A DNA stretch of 64,000 nt. Origin: Candidatus Sulfuricurvum sp. RIFRC-1. GTDB taxonomy: Bacteria > Campylobacterota > Campylobacteria > Campylobacterales > Sulfurimonadaceae. A model generated the notes under the pieces. The model worked only from the letters and a program-made list of their open reading frames with translations, was not told the origin of the DNA and searched no databases. The translations under genes were made by a program, and so were the position numbers. Positions 18,775-28,382 of this stretch are shown piece after piece; within the stretch, counting starts at the first letter, position 1; each line of letters begins with the position of its first letter. The stretch is taken from NCBI RefSeq assembly GCF_000310245.1, contig NC_020505.1, forward strand, positions 1,016,399-1,080,398, in the 5' to 3' direction.

Positions 18775-19800
18775 ATGTCATCCTTAGCTTGGCTCTCACA
18801 CAAACTCGACGATGGACGAATCGCATGCGAAGCGTGCAATCAGCATTGCAAACTTTCCGAAGGTGAGTACGGTATCTGCGGTATCCGCAAAGTTGAAAAC
18901 GGTGAACTCTACCTCCTCACGTATGGCCTTGCGGCCGCCGTCAATATTGATCCGATCGAAAAAAAACCGATGTTTCATTTTTTACCGGGGACAAGCGTCT
19001 TTTCGTTCGGAACGGTGGGGTGCAATTTTTCGTGCAAATTTTGTCAGAATGCCGATATTTCCCAATATCCGAAAGAGCATCGTCACGAAATTTTCGGACG
19101 TCCCCTTTCCCCTAAAGCAGCTGTCGATTTTGCATTGGAACACGAGTGCCAAAGCATCGCCTACACCTATAACGAGCCGGTTGTTTTTTTCGAATATACC
19201 TACGATACCGCAAAACTTGCTCACGAAGCGGGATTGAAAAATATCTATGTGACCAGCGGGTATGAGACTCACAAAGCAATCGATACGATAGCCCCTTTTT
19301 TGGACGGGATGAATATCGATATAAAAGGGTACACGCAATCGTTTTACAAAGATATCTGCGGCGGTTCGCTCAAACCTGTTTTGGATACGGTTGAATATGC
19401 CCATAAAAAAGGGATATGGATCGAAACGACGACCCTTCTGATCCCGGGGCTGAATGACTCGGATGAAGAGATACGTTCCATTGCCGAGTTTCAGGCTTCT
19501 CTTGATCCCTCTATGCCGTGGCATATCAGCGGATTTCATCCGATGTACAAGATGATGGATACACCCCGTACCCCTTCCTCAACCCTTCGCCGTGCTTACG
19601 AGATCGGTAAAGAAGCGGGATTAAAATACGTTTATGTCGGTAATATCGATGATGAGGCACGTGAATCGACCTATTGTCCTTCTTGTCAAAGAGTGGTAAT
19701 TGACCGTCACGGACATATCGGTCAGTACGTTACCAACCATTTGCTCAAAGGGAATCAGTGTCCCTATTGTGCTACGGCTATTGAAGGGGTTTGGCATTAA
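18775..19800 (+). CDS. AmmeMemoRadiSam-system-type radical SAM enzyme (PflA-like activase fold)
   Basis: N-terminal Cys cluster (CEACNQHCKLSEGEYGICGIRK) and the radical-SAM motif CNFSCKFCQN. The C-terminal CPSC...CPYC is typical of this family. The ATG at 18775 follows a GGGGGT RBS. Confidence 0.75.
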   Translation: MSSLAWLSHKLDDGRIACEACNQHCKLSEGEYGICGIRKVENGELYLLTYGLAAAVNIDPIEKKPMFHFLPGTSVFSFGTVGCNFSCKFCQNADISQYPKEHRHEIFGRPLSPKAAVDFALEHECQSIAYTYNEPVVFFEYTYDTAKLAHEAGLKNIYVTSGYETHKAIDTIAPFLDGMNIDIKGYTQSFYKDICGGSLKPVLDTVEYAHKKGIWIETTTLLIPGLNDSDEEIRSIAEFQASLDPSMPWHISGFHPMYKMMDTPRTPSSTLRRAYEIGKEAGLKYVYVGNIDDEARESTYCPSCQRVVIDRHGHIGQYVTNHLLKGNQCPYCATAIEGVWH

Positions 19801-19803
19801 AAT

Positions 19804-22398
19804 ATGAATGCAATGACACTCCACGAGCTGTTTTTAACATTCGATTCCTCTGAAGAGGGGTTAAGCGATGAGGAAGTTAAACGACGACATCTTCAACACG
19901 GTTTTAATCTCCTCGCTAAAATTCCCACTCCACCTTGGTACTCTAAATTAACCGCTCAATTTACCCACTTTTTTGCCCTTTTGCTGTGGGTTGCCGCGTG
20001 TATCAGTTTCGCGATTGCGTGGATCGACCCTGCATCCAATATGCTTCCTATCGGATGGGCTATCGTTATTGTGATTGTTTTGAACGGAGCATTCGGCTTT
20101 TATCAGGAATATCGCACCGAAAAAAGCCTCGAAGCATTGCGCAATATGCTTCCTCTAAAAGTGAGCGTCCGCCGGAGTGGGATTGAGGGCGAGGTATTGG
20201 CAAGCTCCCTCGTCCCCGGTGATATTGTCCTTCTTAGTGAGGGGGATAAAGTTCCTGCCGATATGTATCTGATTCAATCATCGGATATTTGGGTGAATGA
20301 GAGTACCCTCACCGGAGAGAGCGAACTCGTCTCCGCAGACGCTGTCGGGAGCGATCATATCAAAAATGTCCTCTATTCGGGAACCTATGTCGTAAAAGGG
20401 GAGGCACAAGGGCTGGTTTTTGCCACAGGCAAGGAGAGTCGCTACGGGGCGATTGCGGTGTTAACCCAAAGTGTCGATTCGGGGACCAGCCATCTGCAAA
20501 AAGAGATAGCTCATATCTCTAAAGTCATTGCATTAACCTCAACGGCGATTGCTGGAAGTTTGATCCTCCTTTCAGGGTTCGGAGATAACGAGTTATGGAA
20601 AACATTTTTATTTTCGCTCGGTGTTTTGGTTGCGCTGATTCCTGAGGGGTTGCTGCCGACAGTGACGCTGGCATTGGCATTCGGCGCACAGCGGATGGCA
20701 TCCAAGGGGTTTTTAGTAAACGGCCTTTCGGTTATCGAAAATCTGGGAGCCGTAACGGTGATAGCCACCGATAAAACGGGGACGATTACCCAAAACAAGA
20801 TGGAAGTGGCGGCATGGGAAGAGGATGAAAAACAGCCCCCCTCGCCGGAGCTTCTGAATGCCGCTCTTTTGTGCAACCGCGCCGATGCTTCTAGCGGCGA
20901 TCCCGTAGAGCAGGCTCTTTTCATCTTTGCCCTCAGCTATACCGATGTTGCACACCGACGCAGTGAATACCCGATGGTGAGTGAGTATCCGTTTGATTAT
21001 CATCTGAAGCGGATGTCTACCGTACACTCTTTGAACGGAGGATTTTCGATTTTTTCCAAAGGGGCACCTGAAGTTATTCTGCGGTTGTGCGATGAGGTGA
21101 TGACCGCAGAGGGGAAAAAGCCGATTTCAGAGAGCGAATACCAAAAACTGATGGATAAACATGACGCATTGGCGGCATTGGGTTATCGGGTTATCGGTTT
21201 TGCGTCGCGTGAGTGCAGCACGCTCCCGACATCACGGCAAGAGGCTGAAAACGGGTTGAGCTTTATCGGTTTTATCGCCATGGTCGATCCGTTGCGTGAT
21301 GATATTCTTGAATCGGTCAGGTTGTGTCATAAAGCCGGAATACGGGTGGTGATGATTACGGGGGATCACCCTCTGACCGCCGGTGCAATCGGGATGAGTG
21401 CGGGAATCATTACGGCGAGTACGGAGGTAACGAGCGGAGAACAGCTCGATACGCTTCCCCCTGCGGCAATCAAGCGGCTGTTGCATAAAAACCATGTATT
21501 TGCCCGTGTATCACCCGAACAGAAGCTTTCCCTTGTCACCCTTCTTAAAGAGATGGGAGAGACGGTAGCGGTAACGGGTGATGGTGTCAACGATGCACCT
21601 GCACTGAAGAGGGCGGATGTCGGTATTGCCATGGGATCAGGTACCGATGTGGCAAAACAGTCCGCTGATGCGATACTGATGGATGATCATTTCGCAACGA
21701 TTGTCAAAGGGATAGAAGAGGGGAGAGCCGTTTATGAAAACATACGCCGCTTTATCACCTATATGCTTGCCAGTAATTTACCCGAAGCGGTACCGTATGT
21801 CCTCTTTTTTGCATTCGGGCTCCCTTTGGCACTTCCCGTTCCGCTGGTATTAGCGATCGATTTGGGAACGGACATTATTCCGGGGATGGCGCTGGGGGCT
21901 GAATTGCCCAATAAGGGGTTGATGAATCAACGCCCCCGAAGCCGTAAAGATCACATATTGACATTCGGTGTTTATTTGAGAGCCTTCGGCTTTTTAGGAT
22001 TGTTGAGTGCGGTAATGTCCATGGGACTTTTTTGGTTCTACCTTAGCGCACACGGCTGGAGTGGAGAACCTTTGTCGTGGAGCGATCCGTTGTATCTTCA
22101 AGCGGTCACTTTGACCTTTGCCGCTATTGTTTTTGCCCAGATCGGTAACGGCCTCTCATGCCGCAGTCAAAGAGATTCGTTATTCACCATCGGTTTTTGG
22201 AGCAACCGTTATTACTGGGGCGGGGTGGCTGCCGAGATCGGGATATTGGTGCTTTTTATTTTTGTGACTCCGCTCAGTAGTGTTTTCGGTACACATCCGT
22301 TCGATCCGATCTATTGGTGGGCGGTTGGTGCGGTAACAATTATTATATTGGCGGCAGAAGAGGCTCGTAAAGGAGTTATCCGTTTTTTCAGACGATAA
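19804..22398 (+). CDS. Cation-translocating P-type ATPase (type II-like)
   Basis: 864 aa with TGES, PEGL, DKTGTITQN, MITGD and GDGVNDAPAL motifs and about 10 predicted TM helices. Confidence 0.9.
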   Translation: MNAMTLHELFLTFDSSEEGLSDEEVKRRHLQHGFNLLAKIPTPPWYSKLTAQFTHFFALLLWVAACISFAIAWIDPASNMLPIGWAIVIVIVLNGAFGFYQEYRTEKSLEALRNMLPLKVSVRRSGIEGEVLASSLVPGDIVLLSEGDKVPADMYLIQSSDIWVNESTLTGESELVSADAVGSDHIKNVLYSGTYVVKGEAQGLVFATGKESRYGAIAVLTQSVDSGTSHLQKEIAHISKVIALTSTAIAGSLILLSGFGDNELWKTFLFSLGVLVALIPEGLLPTVTLALAFGAQRMASKGFLVNGLSVIENLGAVTVIATDKTGTITQNKMEVAAWEEDEKQPPSPELLNAALLCNRADASSGDPVEQALFIFALSYTDVAHRRSEYPMVSEYPFDYHLKRMSTVHSLNGGFSIFSKGAPEVILRLCDEVMTAEGKKPISESEYQKLMDKHDALAALGYRVIGFASRECSTLPTSRQEAENGLSFIGFIAMVDPLRDDILESVRLCHKAGIRVVMITGDHPLTAGAIGMSAGIITASTEVTSGEQLDTLPPAAIKRLLHKNHVFARVSPEQKLSLVTLLKEMGETVAVTGDGVNDAPALKRADVGIAMGSGTDVAKQSADAILMDDHFATIVKGIEEGRAVYENIRRFITYMLASNLPEAVPYVLFFAFGLPLALPVPLVLAIDLGTDIIPGMALGAELPNKGLMNQRPRSRKDHILTFGVYLRAFGFLGLLSAVMSMGLFWFYLSAHGWSGEPLSWSDPLYLQAVTLTFAAIVFAQIGNGLSCRSQRDSLFTIGFWSNRYYWGGVAAEIGILVLFIFVTPLSSVFGTHPFDPIYWWAVGAVTIIILAAEEARKGVIRFFRR

Positions 22399-23002
22399 GG
22401 GGGACAAATTGAAAACCGGGAAGCTCATAGGCATCGAGCGTTCCGTCTTCGTGTTTGGTGATATGCCAAATACTGTTTTGGATAGGAATGACGAGTATTC
22501 CCCCTTCTTTGAGTTGATCGAAGAGTTTTGTCGGCATTTCGGGCGCACTTGCCGAAACGAGGATACGGTCATAGAGATTGCCCTCTCGTCCCAAAGCTGA
22601 AGGATCAGCGAGAGTGATCGATGCATTGTCTATAGGTATTTTGCGTAAGTTGGCATTTCCGTATTCAACCAAAGAGGGGATAATCTCAACCCCTTCCACA
22701 AATCCAGATTTTCCGACTGCCGTTGCCAGCAGAGCCGTTGTCCAGCCTGATCCCGAACCGATATTTAATACTCTGTTGCCGAGCATAGGATGTAAAAGCT
22801 CCAGCATAACGGCAACGGTGTAGGGCTGCGATATGGTTTGTGCCACTCCGATAGGCAAAGGACGGTCGCTGTAGGCATAGGGATGAAGCTCTTGAGGGAT
22901 AAAAAGGATACGGTCACATACTTTAAAGGCGTGAATGAGAGATTGTGAATGCAAAACCCCTGAATCGATCAAATGGTGAATGAGCTGTTCGTTGGTGTTC
23001 AT
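22388..23002 (-). CDS. pcm: Protein-L-isoaspartate O-methyltransferase
   Basis: 204 aa with the QTISQPYTVA motif and the SAM-binding motif VLNIGSGSGW. Its 3' end overlaps the ATPase stop by 11 nt (convergent genes). Confidence 0.85.
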   Translation of the reverse strand: MNTNEQLIHHLIDSGVLHSQSLIHAFKVCDRILFIPQELHPYAYSDRPLPIGVAQTISQPYTVAVMLELLHPMLGNRVLNIGSGSGWTTALLATAVGKSGFVEGVEIIPSLVEYGNANLRKIPIDNASITLADPSALGREGNLYDRILVSASAPEMPTKLFDQLKEGGILVIPIQNSIWHITKHEDGTLDAYELPGFQFVPLIV

Positions 23003-23023
23003 AGTAAGACTCCGCTCTCTTCG

Positions 23024-23497
23024 TTATTTTTTTCCTTCCAGTATCTGGTCTATATGATAAAAAAGATTCGGGTATTTTTGTTGGATCTCACGAACTAGCC
23101 AATCAAGATCGATATTGACAACGGTATTCTCAGACTGACTTCGAGCCATTGTCCGTATCCGATCCATCGCTACTTCCCAAACATCTTCGAAATCTATCGG
23201 TAAACGCTGCCAAATCGCTTTTTCAAGTTTATGTTGAAAAACTTCACTTTGGGTAGTGCTCAAAAGACGTATGATCTTGGCCAAGGAGTCGACAGAGTTC
23301 AGAGTATAGAGGTGATCTTCTTCATCTATGATAGCCCAAGGACGATCATCATGCCAGTTCCCCTGTAGGAGTTCAAGATCCTTGTGCCTCTCATCCGTAC
23401 CGGGAGACATTTTTACGATGGTCATCTCAGAGAGGTTCATTCCCATTTTTTCAGCAACTTGACTTAAATGATTATTCAAATGATCAGGGTATGGCAT
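23024..23497 (-). CDS. Hypothetical protein (157 aa, acidic, no recognised motif)
   Basis: Clean ORF between the DksA-like gene and pcm on the same strand, with gaps of 10 and 21 nt. I cannot assign a family from the sequence. Confidence 0.5.
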   Translation of the reverse strand: MPYPDHLNNHLSQVAEKMGMNLSEMTIVKMSPGTDERHKDLELLQGNWHDDRPWAIIDEEDHLYTLNSVDSLAKIIRLLSTTQSEVFQHKLEKAIWQRLPIDFEDVWEVAMDRIRTMARSQSENTVVNIDLDWLVREIQQKYPNLFYHIDQILEGKK

Positions 23498-23507
23498 TGA
23501 AACCCTC

Positions 23508-23846
23508 TCACTCGTTTACTAGGGTTCGTGCCGTAGGATTGGCATTTAATCTTGCCACGGGGATGGGTTTGCCGGTTCTTTCACAAATACCGTAGCTCCC
23601 CAATGCGATTTTGTTGAGTGCCGTATTAATCTCCGACATCTCTGATTCCAACTTTTGCAGAAGTGCTTGATCGTTCGTATTGTCAATTTCAAGCCCCGCA
23701 ATCCCTTCTACATCATCGATTTCATCTTCATCGACGATACTGCTCAGTTCTGCTTTAAGGAGAGCGATATTTTTTTCGATTTTTGTTTTTTCGGTTTTGA
23801 GGATCACTTCGAATGCTTTGAGATCCAGATCGTGTCGTGTACTCAT
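23508..23846 (-). CDS. DksA/TraR-family protein with degenerate (single-Cys) zinc finger
   Basis: 112 aa. A coiled-coil N-terminal region is followed by GSYGICERTGKPIPVARLNANPTARTLV. This aligns with the DksA/YteA C4 finger, but only the first Cys is retained. Confidence 0.65.
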   Translation of the reverse strand: MSTRHDLDLKAFEVILKTEKTKIEKNIALLKAELSSIVDEDEIDDVEGIAGLEIDNTNDQALLQKLESEMSEINTALNKIALGSYGICERTGKPIPVARLNANPTARTLVNE

Positions 23847-23992
23847 GATATGCCCCTTTTTACAAAAAATAAATACTCATCAATGATAACTCAAAAATGG
23901 TAACAAGGTATGCATTAGACTCACTCTCTATTTTGACATCCGTAAGCGGTTTTGGATACACTAAAGAACTTTAACAGGACGGAACAAAACGA

Positions 23993-24856
23993 ATGAAACA
24001 AATGATGCAGATATACCGTGAAAACCGAGAAGCGGTAGAGGGATTTTTACTGAATACGATCAGCGACACTCCTCAGCACGATTTCGATGATGTTCAAGTT
24101 AATAAATTTTTTAAACGACTTCCTTGTCTCACCGATATGTATTTGATGGATGAAAAGGGGGAACAGATTACTCCGACATGGCGACGAAGCGGCCATGATA
24201 TGAGTTTAAATGGCTCAGACAGAGCCTATTTTATTAAGCGTATCCAGTTTGACGATAAAGGCAACTACATCTCCAACCCCTACATCTGTGCCAACAGCGG
24301 TCAGCCGAAAGTCTCTGTCGCCCGCAAATACTCCGATGGAAAAATTGCCGTATTTGATCTCGATCTTGTCGCGGTACTGGGCAAAATGCATCTGATCGAG
24401 AGTACCCGCCTCATCTCTAAACTCTCGATGTGGGTTTACGGACTTCTTGGGGGCGGACTTGTATTGCTTGCGCTGTTTTTAGGCGGGTATGGATTGCTGG
24501 GATTTGTCAAAGCCCTGATGAGCAGCGGTGATGAAACCCTTCAGTACGTTTTTAAATCGATTATCGGGATTACGTTAGCGATTGCGATTTACGATCTGGC
24601 GAAAACGATCTTGGAACAAGAGGTATTCTACCGTTCCCTAACCCTCGAAGAGGGAAACGAATACAAAACACTGACCAAGTTTTTGACCTCGATCATTATC
24701 GCCCTCTCCATCGAATCGCTGATGGTCGTCTTTAAAGTGGCTATCAACGATATTCGAAATATGCATTTTGCATTTTATTTGATCAGCGGAGTCGGTATTC
24801 TGATCGTTTCTATGGCGGTGTTAAACTATGTCAGCCGTAAAAAAACAGGTGCATGA
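23993..24856 (+). CDS. Membrane protein with N-terminal Cache/PDC-like domain and about 4 C-terminal TM helices
   Basis: 287 aa. DRAYFIKR...NYISNPYICANSGQPKVSVARKY resembles the Cache-domain core. Hydrophobic helices begin near residue 150. There is no output domain. Confidence 0.5.
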   Translation: MKQMMQIYRENREAVEGFLLNTISDTPQHDFDDVQVNKFFKRLPCLTDMYLMDEKGEQITPTWRRSGHDMSLNGSDRAYFIKRIQFDDKGNYISNPYICANSGQPKVSVARKYSDGKIAVFDLDLVAVLGKMHLIESTRLISKLSMWVYGLLGGGLVLLALFLGGYGLLGFVKALMSSGDETLQYVFKSIIGITLAIAIYDLAKTILEQEVFYRSLTLEEGNEYKTLTKFLTSIIIALSIESLMVVFKVAINDIRNMHFAFYLISGVGILIVSMAVLNYVSRKKTGA

Positions 24857-24872
24857 GTAATTATTCTCATCC

Positions 24873-25295
24873 TTAGAAATGCGAGAGCAAATCCTCTACC
24901 GGACATTTGACAAGATCGGCGTCTATATTTTTAGCCAAAGCTTTTTGTGCTCGATCGGAGAGGGCTGATGTCAGCTCTTTGTGATGTTTAGCCGGAAATG
25001 CAAGGTAACAAGAACCCGGTTGTGCGTTAGAGAGCATCGCAGATATATCATCTGAGATTTGTTGAACCAAACGCTGTTCACGTTCGTGCTCAGCACCGTG
25101 ATCCTCTCCGCTGCCATTCTTAAAGCGGCCCTGATCATCACTAAGTGTTTCACTCATACTTTGACGACCCTCGATATAATCCAAATCGCTTTGAAGTTCC
25201 AAGTGATAGCGGTTTGTTGCTGTAATCATTTGCACTTTATAACTTTTGAGTTCACCCATATCTGCTACGATAATCAATTTGCCATTGTGTTCCAT
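24873..25295 (-). CDS. Host-attachment-protein family (bacterial eRF1-like, baeRF) protein
   Basis: About 140 aa from MEHNGKLIIVADMGELKSYK. The pattern D.GRF...G..H....E.E...F/V..I......LAFPAK...L...L....L...I..DL.K.....LL.HF matches my recollection of Pfam Host_attach. Confidence 0.55.
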   Translation of the reverse strand: MEHNGKLIIVADMGELKSYKVQMITATNRYHLELQSDLDYIEGRQSMSETLSDDQGRFKNGSGEDHGAEHEREQRLVQQISDDISAMLSNAQPGSCYLAFPAKHHKELTSALSDRAQKALAKNIDADLVKCPVEDLLSHF

Positions 25296-25450
25296 TGGAG
25301 TCTCCTTTATGTTGCGAAGAGTTAAAAATGATTCATAGAGATGGTACACCTGAAATCTTAAAGAAAAGATTATTTCATTCGGATTATGAGAGAATTATCT
25401 TATAATACCCTCACATACAAACAAGAGATTATAAGCTTAAAAGGTAGAGC

Positions 25451-26056
25451 ATGACGGAACGTTTTAATCAAGCTGCACAGGGGTGGGACAAAGGGGATAT
25501 GCGTCAAAATATCGCCCACAGCGTCTTCCAAACCATCAGCAGCCGCATTTCATTATTAAATAATATGAATATCATGGATTTTGGTGCAGGTACCGGACTG
25601 CTTAGTTTTAAAATAGCCAGCATGGTGAATCAAGTTGTGGGTGTCGATCTCTCTGAGAAAATGTTGGAACAGCTTGAGAGTAAAAATTCTGAAAATCTAT
25701 GTGTAGAAACGATCTGCCAAAATATCTGCGAAGAACCGTTAAATAAGCAGTTTCATGGAATCGTCAGTTCGATGGCAATGCACCATGTTGAGGACACGGA
25801 AGATTTATTTAGAACCTTTCATTCCCATTTAAAACGAGACGGTTTCATCGCTATCGCCGATTTAGAAGCGGAAGATGGAACGTTTCACTCTCATGGAAAT
25901 GATGGAGTATACCATTTTGGATTTGAGCGCTCTGTATTGCGTCAGACGATTGAAAACGCCGGATTTGAACATGTTCGATTTCACCACGCCTATACGGTTG
26001 AAAAAGAGACACGAGAATATCCGATATTTCTTGTAACGGCATCTAAAAAACCATAA
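25451..26056 (+). CDS. Class I SAM-dependent methyltransferase
   Basis: 201 aa with motif I (IMDFGAGTGLL) and post-I (VGVDLSEKM). Confidence 0.8.
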   Translation: MTERFNQAAQGWDKGDMRQNIAHSVFQTISSRISLLNNMNIMDFGAGTGLLSFKIASMVNQVVGVDLSEKMLEQLESKNSENLCVETICQNICEEPLNKQFHGIVSSMAMHHVEDTEDLFRTFHSHLKRDGFIAIADLEAEDGTFHSHGNDGVYHFGFERSVLRQTIENAGFEHVRFHHAYTVEKETREYPIFLVTASKKP

Positions 26057-26206
26057 TTATTCGGATAAAGTGGCTGGGTTGGGTTCTTTTAACGTAATTT
26101 ATAGCTATTTTCTTTTATAATTCCCTACTTTTTTAGTTATATTATCAGCCAATTTTAATCTGCCTCGGCTGAGGGAAGCATTTGAATTTATAAATAAGGA
26201 GACAAC

Positions 26207-27901
26207 ATGCAAATCAGCGGTGCACAGATGGTTATTGAAGCACTTATCGCCGAGGAAGTCGAAGTCGTATTCGGTTACCCCGGCGGGGCGATCATGAATG
26301 TCTATGATGAGATTTACAAACAGCGATCGTTTCAGCATGTATTGACAAGACACGAACAAGCAGCGGTACATGCCGCAGAGGGGTATGCTAAAGCTACCGG
26401 TAAAGTAGGGGTGGCGATGATTACCTCCGGTCCCGGCTTTACCAACGGTGTGACCGGATTAGCGGATGCCTACATGGACTCTATCCCTCTCGTACTGATA
26501 AGCGGTCAGGTGCCGATGTCTCTTATCGGAACCGATGCGTTCCAAGAGATCGATGCGGTCGGTATCAGCCGTCCGTGTACGAAACACAACTATCTAGTAA
26601 CGGATGCGGCTGATTTGCCACGTATTCTCAAAGAGGCATTTTACATCGCTCGTACCGGTCGTCCGGGTCCCGTGCATGTCGATATTCCAAAAGACGTAAC
26701 GGCACAAATCGCTAAATTTGATTACACCAAAGAGGTTGATATCGAGACGTATAAACCGACGACCAAGGGTAACACGCGTCAGATCAAAAAAGCGATGGAA
26801 GCGATCGCGAGCTCTAAACGTCCTCTCTTGTATCTCGGAGGTGGGATTATCAACGCTAATGCGGCAGAGCTGGTGCGTGAGTTCTCCAAAATGACTCAAA
26901 TTCCTGCGGTAGAGACCTTTATGGCACGCGGAACGCTCCGCTATGATGATCCGTTATTGATTTCGATGCTTGGGATGCACGGCTCGTATGCGGCAAACAT
27001 GGCGATGTCTGAGACCGATCTCGTTATCGGTTTGGGTGCTCGTTTTGATGACCGTGTTACCGGAAAGCTCTCTGAATTTGCGAAAAATGCGCAGATCATC
27101 CATGTTGATATCGATCCGGCGAGTATTTCAAAATTGGTCAATGCCCACTTTCCAATCGTTGGAGATGTCAAAAATGTATTGGAGCAAATGATTCCTCTTG
27201 CTCGTGAGCAAGTCGATCCTAAACGTTATGAATCATGGCATAACACCATTGCAAATTTTAACAAGCTTCATCCTCTCTCGTACAAAGAAGAGGGAGATCG
27301 CATTAAACCGCAATGGGTAGTTGAGCGTATCGGACAGCTCTTGGGTGATGGTGCCAATATCTCAACCGACGTCGGACAGCATCAGATGTGGACGGCGCAG
27401 TTTTATCCCTTTACCCGCCCTCGTCAATGGGTAAGTTCAGGGGGACTTGGAACGATGGGCTTCGGTTTTCCGGCGGCAATCGGTGTTAAACGTGCCGATA
27501 TGGATCGTGTCAGTATTAACATCACGGGTGATGGCTCGATACTCATGAATATCCAAGAATTGATGACAGCGGTTGAGTATAAACTCCCGGTTATCAATGT
27601 TATCTTGAACAATAACTTCTTGGGAATGGTTCGTCAGTGGCAAACCTTGTTCTATGACAAGCGTCACTCCTCTACCGATCTTTCGATGCAGCCTGATTTT
27701 GTGAAGCTTGCCGATGCGTTCGGTGGAGTAGGGTATCGGGTAACAACCAAAGATGAATTTGATGCCGCACTCAAAGATGCGGTTGAAAAAAATGTCGTTG
27801 CGATCATTGATGTCGCTGTTAACCGATTTGAAAACGTTTTACCGATGGTTCCGGCAGGCGGATCATTATTTAATATGATGTTAGAGTACAAGGAGAAATA
27901 A
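26207..27901 (+). CDS. ilvI: Acetolactate synthase large subunit
   Basis: 564 aa ThDP enzyme. The N-terminus (GAQMVIEALIAEEVEVVFGYPGGAI) and the ThDP motif (GLGTMGFGFPAAIG...GDGS...N) are present. Confidence 0.95.
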   Translation: MQISGAQMVIEALIAEEVEVVFGYPGGAIMNVYDEIYKQRSFQHVLTRHEQAAVHAAEGYAKATGKVGVAMITSGPGFTNGVTGLADAYMDSIPLVLISGQVPMSLIGTDAFQEIDAVGISRPCTKHNYLVTDAADLPRILKEAFYIARTGRPGPVHVDIPKDVTAQIAKFDYTKEVDIETYKPTTKGNTRQIKKAMEAIASSKRPLLYLGGGIINANAAELVREFSKMTQIPAVETFMARGTLRYDDPLLISMLGMHGSYAANMAMSETDLVIGLGARFDDRVTGKLSEFAKNAQIIHVDIDPASISKLVNAHFPIVGDVKNVLEQMIPLAREQVDPKRYESWHNTIANFNKLHPLSYKEEGDRIKPQWVVERIGQLLGDGANISTDVGQHQMWTAQFYPFTRPRQWVSSGGLGTMGFGFPAAIGVKRADMDRVSINITGDGSILMNIQELMTAVEYKLPVINVILNNNFLGMVRQWQTLFYDKRHSSTDLSMQPDFVKLADAFGGVGYRVTTKDEFDAALKDAVEKNVVAIIDVAVNRFENVLPMVPAGGSLFNMMLEYKEK

Positions 27902-28377
27902 TGATGGAACAGACAGAACGCCGCGTTATTTCCGTTATCGTAATGAATGAAGCAAGCGTACTTTCACGTATTGCAGGACTGTTTTCAGGGCGTGGATACA
28001 ACATTGAATCGCTTACGGTAGCTCCGATCCCTGATTCTAAATATTCTCGTATTACCATCGTAACCGCAGGATCCGTCCGTGTGGTTGAACAAATTACGAA
28101 ACAGCTGCACAAACTGATTCCGGTACTGAGAGTCTACGAACATGCCGATTTGGTTGAGACGGAGATGGCGTTGGTCAAAATTCCGATGAGTGAGTCATTG
28201 GGCGATATTGAAGCCCTTACTCACGCCTATAATGGGCGTATCGTCAATGTTGGCAGTGACACGATGATCGTAATGATCTCTGATGAACCCTCTCGTGTCA
28301 ATCATTTTCTGGAAGCAATCAAACGTTTTCACCCCAAAGAGATCGTTCGCAGCGGCTCTGTGGCATTAGAGAGATAA
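27901..28377 (+). CDS. ilvH: Acetolactate synthase small (regulatory) subunit
   Basis: 158 aa with an ACT domain ([29 protein letters not shown]). 1-nt overlap with ilvI. Confidence 0.9.
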   Translation: MMEQTERRVISVIVMNEASVLSRIAGLFSGRGYNIESLTVAPIPDSKYSRITIVTAGSVRVVEQITKQLHKLIPVLRVYEHADLVETEMALVKIPMSESLGDIEALTHAYNGRIVNVGSDTMIVMISDEPSRVNHFLEAIKRFHPKEIVRSGSVALER

Positions 28378-28382
28378 AACAG

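Noticed and set aside
22180-22626. 148-aa minus-strand ORF spanning the ATPase/pcm junction.
   Set aside because: It overlaps two confident CDSs in alternative frames and its translation has no motifs.
26102-26111. Single inverted AAAATAGC-like copy upstream of ilvI.
   Set aside because: One isolated heptamer in AT-rich DNA is expected by chance, and there is no phased partner.
26057-26206. Searched for an ilv leader peptide or attenuator upstream of ilvI.
   Set aside because: There is no ATG-initiated Ile/Val/Leu-rich mini-ORF. Only a 4-bp hairpin (CCTC-GGCT-GAGG) is present, which is insufficient evidence.
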